Part shown: positions 1 through 10,660 of the stretch, piece after piece
How positions within the stretch are numbered: position 1 is the stretch's first letter
Layout: the number at the start of each line of letters is the position of its first letter
Origin: an uncultured delta proteobacterium
GTDB taxonomy: Bacteria; Myxococcota_A; Polyangia; Haliangiales; Haliangiaceae
DNA: 64,000 bases
NCBI GenBank assembly: GCA_963848295.1
Contig: CAWKDB010000010.1
Location: 3,424,001-3,488,000 of the forward strand
Direction of reading: 5' to 3'
The notes under the pieces: generated by a model
What the model saw: only the letters and a program-made list of their open reading frames with translations
Database searches by the model: none
What the model was told of the DNA's origin: nothing
Position numbers and translations under genes: made by a program

Positions 1-318
<318 letters not shown>

Positions 319-436
319 GCACTTGAGTACAGCGACTCGCGGCGGGACTCGCGTGGTGGTGGACACTTTAAGTCTATCTTCAGCCGTTCGGGGTGGTTCG
401 CCTCACGCGGTGGGGCACGATGTCCGGCATTTTCGG

Positions 437-1096
437 TCAGTCGGCGTCGCGTTCGCCCCGCAGCCACGCGAGCGCGAGCGCGAAACCGATCGCGAACCCG
501 ATCCATCGCCCCGAATCGAGCTGAGCTTGCCACGACGGCGGCGCCGCGTAGCCGAGCACGCCGGTCGCGAGCGTGCCGACAACGAGAAAGCCCGAGAGCA
601 ACCAGCCGCGCAGGTTGGTGCGGGGGATCGCGAGGCCGAGCAGCGCCAGGCCGATGTACGAGCAGGAGAACTTCGTCGCGCTCTCGGCGACCTGAAAGCC
701 GATCTCGCCGGCGCTCGGTAACACCCCGTATTGCGCGGCGTCGAGCATCGCGAGGATGTGATGGTCCTCGACGAGATCGAGCCCGGCGGTCACGACGATC
801 AGGATCAATCCGAGCATCGCGAACGGCCGGCTACGAGCCGACAGATAGCGCGCGAGCGCCGCAAAGAATGCGGTGTAGAGCGCGATGAACGCGACGTCGA
901 GCGCGAATACGAGCCGCAACGCGCCGGCATGCTCGAGGAGGCCGGCCGCGTAATCCGGCGGAAGATGATAGTGCTCGTGCGCCTCTTGCGTCGCCCCGGT
1001 CGCGAGCGAGACGCCGACCATCACGGCGAGCACCGCGAGGGTCGCGCCGCCGAGATGGAGCGCGACCTTGCGATCGGACGCCGGCGCCGCGGTCAT
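437..1096 (-). CDS. Multi-pass membrane protein (DUF4386-like)
   Basis: MTAAPASDRK... with ~6 hydrophobic segments. ATGA overlap with the upstream gene. Confidence 0.7.
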   Translation of the reverse strand: MTAAPASDRKVALHLGGATLAVLAVMVGVSLATGATQEAHEHYHLPPDYAAGLLEHAGALRLVFALDVAFIALYTAFFAALARYLSARSRPFAMLGLILIVVTAGLDLVEDHHILAMLDAAQYGVLPSAGEIGFQVAESATKFSCSYIGLALLGLAIPRTNLRGWLLSGFLVVGTLATGVLGYAAPPSWQAQLDSGRWIGFAIGFALALAWLRGERDAD

Positions 1097-2997
1097 ACGA
1101 TCAGCCGCGTCCGGACGTGACCGGCGAGCCCGGCGTCGACCTCGACGACATCGCCCGGGCGGAGCAACGCGTTCGACGTCGCATAGCTCGACACGAGGTG
1201 CTCGGCCTTGCGCACCCGATCTTTGACGATCGAGGCGAGCGCGCGCTGGATCGCCGACATGCGCAAGCCGACGCCCGCCGGCGTGCCGGTCGAGATCACG
1301 TCGCCGCGAGCGAGCGGCCGACCGAGCACGACCTTCGCGGCGCGGACGATCGCGACCAGATCGTACGCGAGCTCCTTCGTCGAGGCGCGCTGCCGGCGAT
1401 CGCCGTTGACCCTCGTCTCGATCACGAGCTCGGGGATCGCGGTGATGCCACCGGCCGGAGCCCAGACGCGGTCGGCGACCGGCAAGAACTGCGGGAACGA
1501 CTTCGCGGCGGCCCAATACGCGTATTGCCGATCCATGCCTTCGCCGAGCACCTGGACGAACCGCGCGCTCAGATCGTTCGCGGCGGCGAGGCCGAACGGC
1601 TGCGCGGTGCCGGCGGCGAGCGCCGCGTCGTCGATGTCGCCGAGCGCGACGAGCGCGAGCTCGCCTTCGTAGTCCATCACCGCGGGCACGTGCTCGCCGA
1701 GCCGCTCCGTGATCAGCGCCGCGAGTCCGGGCTCGGTCGCTTCGAGGACCGCGAGGACGTCGCGGCTGTCCGGGGCTCGGACCGAGCAATCGCCGCGCAC
1801 GAACGTCCGCGCGTGCTTCGCGAACGCGATCGGCGGTGTCTTCGCATCGATCGTCTGGCCAGCCTCGCGCGCGTGATCGGTGTAGGTCAGGCCGAGTGCG
1901 ACGATCGCGGTGACGTCGGGCCAGTCGACCTCGTCGCCACGCCGTGGCGCGGGCTGCTCGGTGCCGCCTCGTTGTCGAGCGAGTGCGTCCCACGCGAGGT
2001 ACTTGACGCCGGGTAACGGGGCGCGCTGGTGGATCTCGACCGCGACGCCGCCGGTGGTGCGACGCTCGTCGATGCGCTTCCACGGCAAGCCGGGCGCCGA
2101 TCGCGCGAACACTTCGAGCTGCGCCGAGCCGATGTCGCTCTGCGCGATCATCAGGTCGCGCTCGTCGGTGTCGCGATACGCGTAGCCGACCATCTGCGCC
2201 GGCTCGGCCCACGCTCGCGCATGGATCAACTTGCGCGCGCCGGCGACGGTCGCGGTGACGAGCCCGTGCGGATGGGCCGCGGTGCCCGGGCTGCCATCGA
2301 GCTTCTGCGGCCCGGACAGCTTCAGCGACGACAAGCCCATCGCGAACCGATCGCGCAACGACACCGCGGTGACCTCCAGGCTGCCATCGCCGAGCCACGG
2401 CGCCCAGATCCAGTGCAGCGTCGGGACCCGGCGCTTGCCCCACAGATGCATCGCGAACGCCTTGCCGTGCAGCGTCTGCTCGGCAGCGTCGACGGCGGGG
2501 GCGTGCGGCGCGGTTCGATCGACCATCACGGTCGCGGTCGCGTCGGCGTCGTGGGCGATCACGTGCGCGTGGGTCGGCGCCGGCAACCACGCGGGTAGGT
2601 CGCGCCCGCTCGGATCGGTGCCGCCCGTCCAGCTCGCGTTCCACCGTAGACCTTCGACCGTGCCTCGCGCGCCGGTCCGCGCAAACGTGCTGCCGTCGAT
2701 CTCGATCAGCGCGTCCGGTGCCCCGGGATGGAGCGAGCCGGACTCGCTCTTGGTCGCGGGATCGATGTTCATCTGATCGATCGCGGTGCGGCGCTTCGCG
2801 GCGCGGCTCGGTGGCGTCGCGTCGGCATCGAACCACGCGCCCCAGATCGTCGCGCGTGCATCGCCGCGCTTCGGGACGAACAGCGTCTGGCGTACCCACA
2901 GCGCACGCCGCCGGCTGTCGTCGAGGATGACCGCGAACCAGATCTCGAACCACGGTTGCTGGCCACGCCACACCGGTCGGTCGAGGTCCCGCGCCAT
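1093..2997 (-). CDS. Fusion: N-terminal tocopherol-cyclase/lipocalin-like domain + C-terminal fumarylacetoacetate hydrolase family domain
   Basis: C-terminal half has LGLTY..H, DYEGEL, ANDLSAR, KSF and GDVISTGTPAGVG. N-terminal half is Trp-rich (WFEIWF, HLWGK, WIW). Confidence 0.75.
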   Translation of the reverse strand: MARDLDRPVWRGQQPWFEIWFAVILDDSRRRALWVRQTLFVPKRGDARATIWGAWFDADATPPSRAAKRRTAIDQMNIDPATKSESGSLHPGAPDALIEIDGSTFARTGARGTVEGLRWNASWTGGTDPSGRDLPAWLPAPTHAHVIAHDADATATVMVDRTAPHAPAVDAAEQTLHGKAFAMHLWGKRRVPTLHWIWAPWLGDGSLEVTAVSLRDRFAMGLSSLKLSGPQKLDGSPGTAAHPHGLVTATVAGARKLIHARAWAEPAQMVGYAYRDTDERDLMIAQSDIGSAQLEVFARSAPGLPWKRIDERRTTGGVAVEIHQRAPLPGVKYLAWDALARQRGGTEQPAPRRGDEVDWPDVTAIVALGLTYTDHAREAGQTIDAKTPPIAFAKHARTFVRGDCSVRAPDSRDVLAVLEATEPGLAALITERLGEHVPAVMDYEGELALVALGDIDDAALAAGTAQPFGLAAANDLSARFVQVLGEGMDRQYAYWAAAKSFPQFLPVADRVWAPAGGITAIPELVIETRVNGDRRQRASTKELAYDLVAIVRAAKVVLGRPLARGDVISTGTPAGVGLRMSAIQRALASIVKDRVRKAEHLVSSYATSNALLRPGDVVEVDAGLAGHVRTRLIV

Positions 2998-3084
2998 CGC
3001 CTCTGATATCGCATGGTTCGCGCGCATCCGATATGGTGTCCACCGGGAAGGCGTCTCGCGGATCTACGGTTCAGCGTGGAGCAC

Positions 3085-3693
3085 ATGTCCCTCACCGGAG
3101 CCCGGCTAGACGTGGCGACTCGAGCAGATGCTAGGAGCCGGCTGCTGGTGGAGCTCGCCGGTGCGCCGGCGCGGCGCGGCTATGCGATCGCGTACGACTT
3201 GCTGCGCGATCGCGCCGAAGCCGAAGAGGCGGTGCAAGATGCGCTCGCCCGCGCGTGCGCGTCGATCGGCGACCTGCGCGATCCCGACGCGGCGCCGGGT
3301 TGGTACTTGCGGATCGTGACCACGATCTGCCTGCGCGTGCTTCGCCGCCGCAAGCTCAAGCGCGCGCTGCTCGGCTGGCTGCCCGGCACCTCCGGCGACG
3401 GCGACCAGCTACCTGCAGGCGAGCCCGCCGCGGAGGGTGTGGCTGCGCGCGTCCATGCCGCCGCCGAGCCCGCCGCGAGCGAGGCGCTGGTCGATCACGA
3501 GCTGCTCGCCGCGATGTTTCGACGCCTCGATCAACTGTCGGCGCAACAGCGCGCCGCGCTCGTCTTGCGCTACGGCCACGATCTGCCGGTTCCCGAGATC
3601 GCCGAGCTCCTCGGCGTCGAGCTCGCGACCGCCAAGACTCACCTCGTGCGCGGGCTCGCCCGTCTGCGCGACCTGATGGAGGAGCACCGATGA
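3085..3693 (+). CDS. ECF RNA polymerase sigma factor
   Basis: AEEAVQDAL (region 2) and LSAQQRAALVLRY...EIAELLGV...KTHLVRG (region 4). Confidence 0.9.
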   Translation: MSLTGARLDVATRADARSRLLVELAGAPARRGYAIAYDLLRDRAEAEEAVQDALARACASIGDLRDPDAAPGWYLRIVTTICLRVLRRRKLKRALLGWLPGTSGDGDQLPAGEPAAEGVAARVHAAAEPAASEALVDHELLAAMFRRLDQLSAQQRAALVLRYGHDLPVPEIAELLGVELATAKTHLVRGLARLRDLMEEHR

Positions 3694-4163
3694 TGACCCC
3701 CTGTGATCGAGTCGCCGAACGGATCGCGCTCGGCGAATCGCTGGACGAGCACACCGACCACATCGCGAGCTGCACGAGCTGCCAACGGCTCGTCGCGTTG
3801 TCGGCGCAGCTCGGCGCGACCAAGCATGCGATCGATCCCGGCCTCGGCTTCTCGGCGCGGATGACGGTCGGTGCGCAGCAGCGGATCGCGTCGCGCCGCC
3901 GGCGTCAGCTCGCGGCCGGAGCGCTCACCGCGCTCGCCGCGTGCGGCGTGTTCGCATTCCTCGCGATGCGCGGCCCGGATCGGCCCGCCGTCGCGACGCA
4001 GGGAGTGCAATCGAATCCGCAGCAGCGTCGCGAGATCGATCCCGATGTCGCCTCGCTCGTTCACCTCGCACGCGCCGAGCGCGTCCACGTCTCGGCGCGA
4101 TGGGGCGCGATCGAAAAACCGCTGAAGCCTTACCGCAAGCTGCTCGAAGGAGTCACGCCATGA
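3690..4163 (+). CDS. Putative zinc-binding anti-sigma factor
   Basis: HIASCTSC (HxxxCxxC), one TM segment, translationally coupled to the ECF gene. Confidence 0.75.
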   Translation: MMTPCDRVAERIALGESLDEHTDHIASCTSCQRLVALSAQLGATKHAIDPGLGFSARMTVGAQQRIASRRRRQLAAGALTALAACGVFAFLAMRGPDRPAVATQGVQSNPQQRREIDPDVASLVHLARAERVHVSARWGAIEKPLKPYRKLLEGVTP

Positions 4164-5164
4164 CCTCCGCAAAGCTGTTCATGATCGCGATCGCCGGCGG
4201 CCTGCTGCTGTCGAGCGCGTTCGGGCTCGCCGACGACAACAAGCCGCCACCGGCCCCGCCCGCGCCGCCGGCCACGATCGTGCCGCCGATCGCGCCGATG
4301 CCGCCGATGCCGCCGATGCCACCGATCCCGGGAGCCGGCTCCGGCTTCTCGGTGCAGCTCGACGGCGGCAAGCTCGAGATCGCCGGCCTCAAAGGCTTCG
4401 TCGACCAGCAGCTCGACGATGCGCTCGCGAAGGTCGCGGCGGAGAAGAGCCTACCGCCCCAGGTTCGCGACAAGCTGACGAAGCGGCTCGCGAAGATCCG
4501 CGACAAGCTCGGCAAGCGGCTCGACAAGCTCGACATCACCGACATCGATCAGCTCGGCGACGAGCTCGGTGACATGGGCGACGAGATCGGCCAGGAGATG
4601 GAAGGCTTCGGCGACGAGATGGAGAAGTGGGGCGACCAGTACGGCAAGGACTTTGCGAAGGACTTCAAGTTCAAGTGGAACAAGGACCCACACGGCAAGA
4701 TCAACGGCCACCTCCACGCTCGGGCCGACGACGACGACGACGACGACGATGACGCCGATGTCTCGGTGCCCGACCCCAGCGACGACGACGATGACATCAA
4801 GGACGCGCTGCGGGACCTCGGCGACCTCGCGCTCAAGCCGGCCCAGCGCGATGCGATCGGCAAGCTGCGCACCGAGTCCGACAAGCAAGTCGCGACCGCG
4901 AAGAAGGAGCTCGATCGCCAATCCGATGCGTTGAAGGGCCTGCTCGCGAGCCCGAACGCGAGTGACGCCGACGTCGCGCGCGCGGTCGATGCCGTGAGCT
5001 CGCAAGAGGCCGCGATCCGCAAGGCGCGGTTGCTCGCCTGGGTCGACGCGCGCCGCGTGCTCGACGCCGGCCAGCGCGCGAGGGTCGAAGCGGCCGCGAA
5101 GCCGCCCGCTGCGCTGAAGGCACCGAAGCCGCCAGCGCCGCCCGCCGCGCCGAAGACGAAGTAG
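4160..5164 (+). CDS. Secreted Spy/CpxP (heavy-metal sensor)-like protein
   Basis: Signal peptide, Pro-rich and acidic linkers, C-terminal LALKPAQRDAI...RRVLDAGQR motif. Third gene of the ECF module. Confidence 0.65.
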   Translation: MTSAKLFMIAIAGGLLLSSAFGLADDNKPPPAPPAPPATIVPPIAPMPPMPPMPPIPGAGSGFSVQLDGGKLEIAGLKGFVDQQLDDALAKVAAEKSLPPQVRDKLTKRLAKIRDKLGKRLDKLDITDIDQLGDELGDMGDEIGQEMEGFGDEMEKWGDQYGKDFAKDFKFKWNKDPHGKINGHLHARADDDDDDDDDADVSVPDPSDDDDDIKDALRDLGDLALKPAQRDAIGKLRTESDKQVATAKKELDRQSDALKGLLASPNASDADVARAVDAVSSQEAAIRKARLLAWVDARRVLDAGQRARVEAAAKPPAALKAPKPPAPPAAPKTK

Positions 5165-5204
5165 TCGCGGCCCGCGCGAACGGGGCGCGTGTTATGACTC
5201 GCAG

Positions 5205-5798
5205 ATGGTTCGGCTGGCGTACCTCGCGACCATCGCGACGGGCGTGTGCGCCGGCTGCGGGAGCAAACCCGACAGGCCGCCTGCAGTGGCGGTCGTGCAC
5301 GACGCCGGGGTCGATGGCATCACCTCGATCCCGCCATTCGATCCGATGTCGAACATGCACCTCGACGAGGTCACCGCGCCTCGCACGGCCGCACCCGCAC
5401 ACGCCAAGGCCAGCCACGAGATCGCGCTGACGCTACGCTCGACGCCGCCGGGTGCGATCGCGCGGGTCGATGGCGTCGAGGTCGGCCTGACCCCGACGTT
5501 CTGGAGCAGCGCGTTCGACGGCGAGCCGCACGACTTCACGTTCACACTCGATCACTACGCGACCCAAGAGTACAAGTTCGTGCCGGTGACCAGCGGCGTC
5601 GTTCACGTGCGGCTCGATCGGGTCCTCGTCGAAGTCGATGCCGGCGTGCCGGAGCCGATGCTGCGCCATCCGCCGCCCGTCGTGACCCCACCCGATGCCG
5701 CTGCGGCGATACCACCTGACGCGGCCTCGGCGCCCCCACCACCGCGACCGGTGACGATCGATGCGGGCACGACCGGCCTCGGGCCACCGCCGTTCTAG
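5205..5798 (+). CDS. PEGA-domain lipoprotein
   Basis: Lipobox-like CAGC and STPPGAIARVDGVEVGLTP. Confidence 0.75.
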   Translation: MVRLAYLATIATGVCAGCGSKPDRPPAVAVVHDAGVDGITSIPPFDPMSNMHLDEVTAPRTAAPAHAKASHEIALTLRSTPPGAIARVDGVEVGLTPTFWSSAFDGEPHDFTFTLDHYATQEYKFVPVTSGVVHVRLDRVLVEVDAGVPEPMLRHPPPVVTPPDAAAAIPPDAASAPPPPRPVTIDAGTTGLGPPPF

Positions 5799-5870
5799 GC
5801 CGCGAGTGCGTTGCGTTCGCGAGCGACGGGATCTTGCGCACCGGCGTGCCGCGACGTGACAATAGCGAAA

Positions 5871-7136
<1,266 letters not shown>

Positions 7137-7143
7137 CGGCGGC

Positions 7144-7899
7144 CTAGCGACGGGGTTCGATGCGCGAGACGTGGATCTCGGTCGCCGTGCGCAGCGTCGC
7201 GCCGTCGACGTCGAGCTCGACCGCGACGCCGAAGCGATCGCACGAGCTCTGATACGCCTCGTGGGCGGGAAACGTCACGGCGAGGTCGAGGTCACGCTTT
7301 GCGCGGACGGCCTCCGGTGCGAGCGTCGCCTTCGGCAACGCGAACGGATTCCCCGGCACATTGCATTGCGAGTCGTGCAGCCACGCCGCGGATCGCAACG
7401 TCACGTGCGCGGCGGTCGAGCCGCGGTTGTAGATGTGAAACGTGCCGAGGCCGATGTGCGCCGCATCGCCACCGTGGGTGTGGATCGCATAGCCGGGCAC
7501 GCCGACCACCTCGACCGATCCGGCGACCCCCCAGCGCTCGCCGCTGAGCTCGGTGTTGCCGACCGCGAACGTGTCGGGTGCGAGCCACGCCGAATAGCTT
7601 CTCGGTGCGCCGTCGCTCGCGGCGGGTTGGACCATGACCTCGTAGCGGCCGTCGCGAACCGCGACCGTGATCCGGCAGCGGCGCGGATCGGCGTTCTCCG
7701 CCGGGTCGCCACAGGTCGGCTCGGTGTTCGCGCAGCTCGCGAGCGCGGCGTCACTTACGCCGGCGGTCTTCGCCGCGGTCAGCGCTACCTTCGCGGCGCG
7801 ATGGAGCGCGGTGGCTTCACACCGAGGCGGCTTGGGGTCGGCGACCACCGACCGGCCCGAGGCGCCCACGACGACGACGACGACGATCAGCGTCCGCAT
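7144..7899 (-). CDS. Secreted Cys-containing hypothetical protein
   Basis: MRTLIVVVVVVG signal; natural amino-acid composition. Confidence 0.6.
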   Translation of the reverse strand: MRTLIVVVVVVGASGRSVVADPKPPRCEATALHRAAKVALTAAKTAGVSDAALASCANTEPTCGDPAENADPRRCRITVAVRDGRYEVMVQPAASDGAPRSYSAWLAPDTFAVGNTELSGERWGVAGSVEVVGVPGYAIHTHGGDAAHIGLGTFHIYNRGSTAAHVTLRSAAWLHDSQCNVPGNPFALPKATLAPEAVRAKRDLDLAVTFPAHEAYQSSCDRFGVAVELDVDGATLRTATEIHVSRIEPRR

Positions 7900-7937
7900 C
7901 CCACAGTATGGATCGCGCGAGGCGAGCTGTGACGCTT

Positions 7938-8648
7938 TTAGCCGACGCTCGCCCGACGAACGAGGTGCGCGCCCAGCCCGGCGCCGACCGGGGCACCCAC
8001 GAGCAAGAACATCCCCCAGAACGTGATGCGCTCGCCCCCGAGCGTCGGGTGCAGCACCGCTTGTTCGAGGAGGCTCCACAGCATCAGCACGAGCACGCCG
8101 AGCGCGATGCCGCGCACACCGTCTCCGCCGACGACCGTTTGCACGAGCGCGCCGGCCGCCGCGGCTGCGACGATGCCGAACACGGCAAGCGTTGCGGGGT
8201 CGGCAGGCAGGCCGAACGTGTAGCCGATCCTGCCGCCGAGCTGGATCGTGCATGCTGCGACGAGCGCGGCGACGGTTGCCAGCCACACACGGCTCGCCAC
8301 GGCGGGGACGCGCGCACCGAGCGCGCAGGCGAGGCCACTCGCGATCGCGACGACCGGCACCAGGATGATCGCATGCGAGCTGCGTGCGGCGGTGAGCTTG
8401 AACGCGCGCGGCAGTGCGTATGTGATGAACGCGAGCAAGGCGACCGCGACGACGCCGCCGAGTAACGCCGCGAGCTGCGACGCCGATGCGGTGCGACCCA
8501 GCGCCAAACCCGCGAGCAACGCGCCGAGTGGAAGCGCGACGTAGGGCAGCCACTCGGGCTCCAGCTTGAGCATCCACGCGGTCTGCAACACCACGAAGAA
8601 CGCGCCGATGACAGCGAGCGCGCACGCGACCATCCATAGCGGCCGCAT
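7938..8648 (-). CDS. Multi-pass membrane protein
   Basis: MRPLWMVACAL... with ~8 hydrophobic helices. Confidence 0.7.
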   Translation of the reverse strand: MRPLWMVACALAVIGAFFVVLQTAWMLKLEPEWLPYVALPLGALLAGLALGRTASASQLAALLGGVVAVALLAFITYALPRAFKLTAARSSHAIILVPVVAIASGLACALGARVPAVASRVWLATVAALVAACTIQLGGRIGYTFGLPADPATLAVFGIVAAAAAGALVQTVVGGDGVRGIALGVLVLMLWSLLEQAVLHPTLGGERITFWGMFLLVGAPVGAGLGAHLVRRASVG

Positions 8649-8656
8649 GGTAGCGG

Positions 8657-10609
8657 TCAGTAGACGCCCGGCGCCGGCTTCGTGATGTTCGCGACCGGCA
8701 TGCCGCCCGGATCGATCGTGAGGTCGAGCGTGAACACCGCGTCCTGACCATCGCAGTCGGCATCGCCGATGGCCTTCGCGGTGACCGACTTGCCGTCGGA
8801 GTGATAGCTGAAGCGATACATGCTCGGCTCGTCGACCGCGAAGCCGAGCTCGGCCCACGGCCCTTGCTGCCACTGCGCAGCGTCGACCGGGCACTTGTTG
8901 TCGATCACCTTCGTCTGCGGGTTACTCGCCTGGCCACAGCAGGTCGGCGGCGCCGCGATGTCGCCGATCGGGAACTTGCTGTTCTCGGCGTAATAGCGCT
9001 TCGCCGACTTGGCGATCTTGTTGAGCTCGAGCGTTGCTTCGGACTTCTTCGACTTCTTCATGTAGTCCATGAATGCGGGGACGCCGACCGCAGCGAACAC
9101 GCCGATGATCGCGGCGGGCAACATCATCCCGGATTGCCCGGACGCGACGTCGCCGGCGAACGGCGAGCTCGGCGCGGCGGCGGCGATCGCTGTAGCCTTG
9201 TCGCCGGCCTTGCCCGCGAGGAAGTCATCCGGGGTGATCTCGAAGATCTTCTTCACGACATCCGGCGGGTTCGCCCACGCCGTGCGAAACGCCATGCGGA
9301 CGCGGACACCGTCGTCGCCGATCTTTACGCCGAAGCCGATCTCCGACAGCAGGCCCATCGCGCGCAACGCGATCTTGGCCTCCGGCGGCAGCGCGAGGTC
9401 CGCCGGGATCTGAAACGGCACGACCGAAGGCGCGAGCAGCGAACCCCGGCCCCACAGCGCGAACGTCCAGTCGCCGGACGCGAGCTCCTTGCCGACCGCG
9501 GTGAGCGGCACGTCTTTGCCCTCTCCCGCGGCGCCTTTCTTCGCGCCCGCGCGCAGCTCGTTGCCTTCGACCCAGATGTCGATGCCGATGCCCGGCAGCT
9601 GCGGCGTTTCGATCCGACACGCGCCGTCATGCGCGGTGATCTTGACCGCGAGGGCAGCGCCGGCGAGATCGCCGCAGTGCTCGAGCAGCGTCGCGATCGG
9701 TTTAGGATCGGTGAGCGGCGCGTGGAGCTGGACGTCGAGCATGCCGGCGGGCAGCGTGATCAACACCGGGCCCTTGAGTGAGCGCGTGACATCGCGAACG
9801 GAGACGCCGCCACCGAGCGGCTGGTCCCCCGCGGCGAGCAACGCGGGGCCGATGTCGAACGTCGCGAACCCGGCGATGCGATTCGGATCGACCGCGAGCG
9901 GCTTCATCATCCGCGCGACGGTGAGCGGACCGGTCGGCGCGCCGGCGAGGAACGCGCGGACGTCGACCTGGCCTGGATCGAGCGCGATCACGACCGACAG
10001 CGCGCTCGGCATCCCGGGAATCGGCAGCTCGGGTGCATAGACCTCGATGTCGCCGCGGATGCCGCCGACCGCGGCCTTGCCGGGCACCGGGCCTTTGCCG
10101 AGATGGTCGAGCTGCGCGAGGTCCTCTGCGCAGGCGTAGACGCCGGCGACCGGCTTGCACTTCAGCTTGTCGATCTCGTCGACGTCGCCGCGCGTGCCGT
10201 TGAGCGACTTGACGAGCTTGTCGCGATCGCCGAGCGGGAGGATGAAGATCGGCTCGCCGGTCTTCATCGCGAACATCGCGCACGGCTTGGCCGCGAAGCC
10301 GAGATCGAGGAACTGGCCGGACGGCATGCCCGCTGCCGCGAGGGCGGCCTTGAGGATCGGTGCGTACTGCTCGGTCTCGGGCAAGCTCATCACGTCGAGC
10401 AGGGTCGGCACGACATGCGACGCGAGCTCGACGGCGCGCCCCGAGGCGACCCAGCCGACGAGCAGATTGTCGGGCGCGAGCTTCCACATCGCGTCGACGT
10501 CGCCCGCCGGGCGGGAAGCCGATGGGTCCGACGACGCATGGTCCTTGTGACATCCCACCGAGGCGAGCGCGAGACCCGCCATTGCCATTGCACCGGTCGC
10601 CAATTTCAT
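8657..10609 (-). CDS. Lipoprotein with C-terminal type IV pilin-like domain
   Basis: Lipobox SVGC. C-terminal IIGVFAAVGVPAFMDYMKKSKKSEA...GDADCDG resembles deltaproteobacterial PilA. Confidence 0.75.
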   Translation of the reverse strand: MKLATGAMAMAGLALASVGCHKDHASSDPSASRPAGDVDAMWKLAPDNLLVGWVASGRAVELASHVVPTLLDVMSLPETEQYAPILKAALAAAGMPSGQFLDLGFAAKPCAMFAMKTGEPIFILPLGDRDKLVKSLNGTRGDVDEIDKLKCKPVAGVYACAEDLAQLDHLGKGPVPGKAAVGGIRGDIEVYAPELPIPGMPSALSVVIALDPGQVDVRAFLAGAPTGPLTVARMMKPLAVDPNRIAGFATFDIGPALLAAGDQPLGGGVSVRDVTRSLKGPVLITLPAGMLDVQLHAPLTDPKPIATLLEHCGDLAGAALAVKITAHDGACRIETPQLPGIGIDIWVEGNELRAGAKKGAAGEGKDVPLTAVGKELASGDWTFALWGRGSLLAPSVVPFQIPADLALPPEAKIALRAMGLLSEIGFGVKIGDDGVRVRMAFRTAWANPPDVVKKIFEITPDDFLAGKAGDKATAIAAAAPSSPFAGDVASGQSGMMLPAAIIGVFAAVGVPAFMDYMKKSKKSEATLELNKIAKSAKRYYAENSKFPIGDIAAPPTCCGQASNPQTKVIDNKCPVDAAQWQQGPWAELGFAVDEPSMYRFSYHSDGKSVTAKAIGDADCDGQDAVFTLDLTIDPGGMPVANITKPAPGVY

Positions 10610-10660
10610 CGCCGCAGCCTATCAGCTGACACCACCGACCGGGCGCGCTATGTAATCCAG

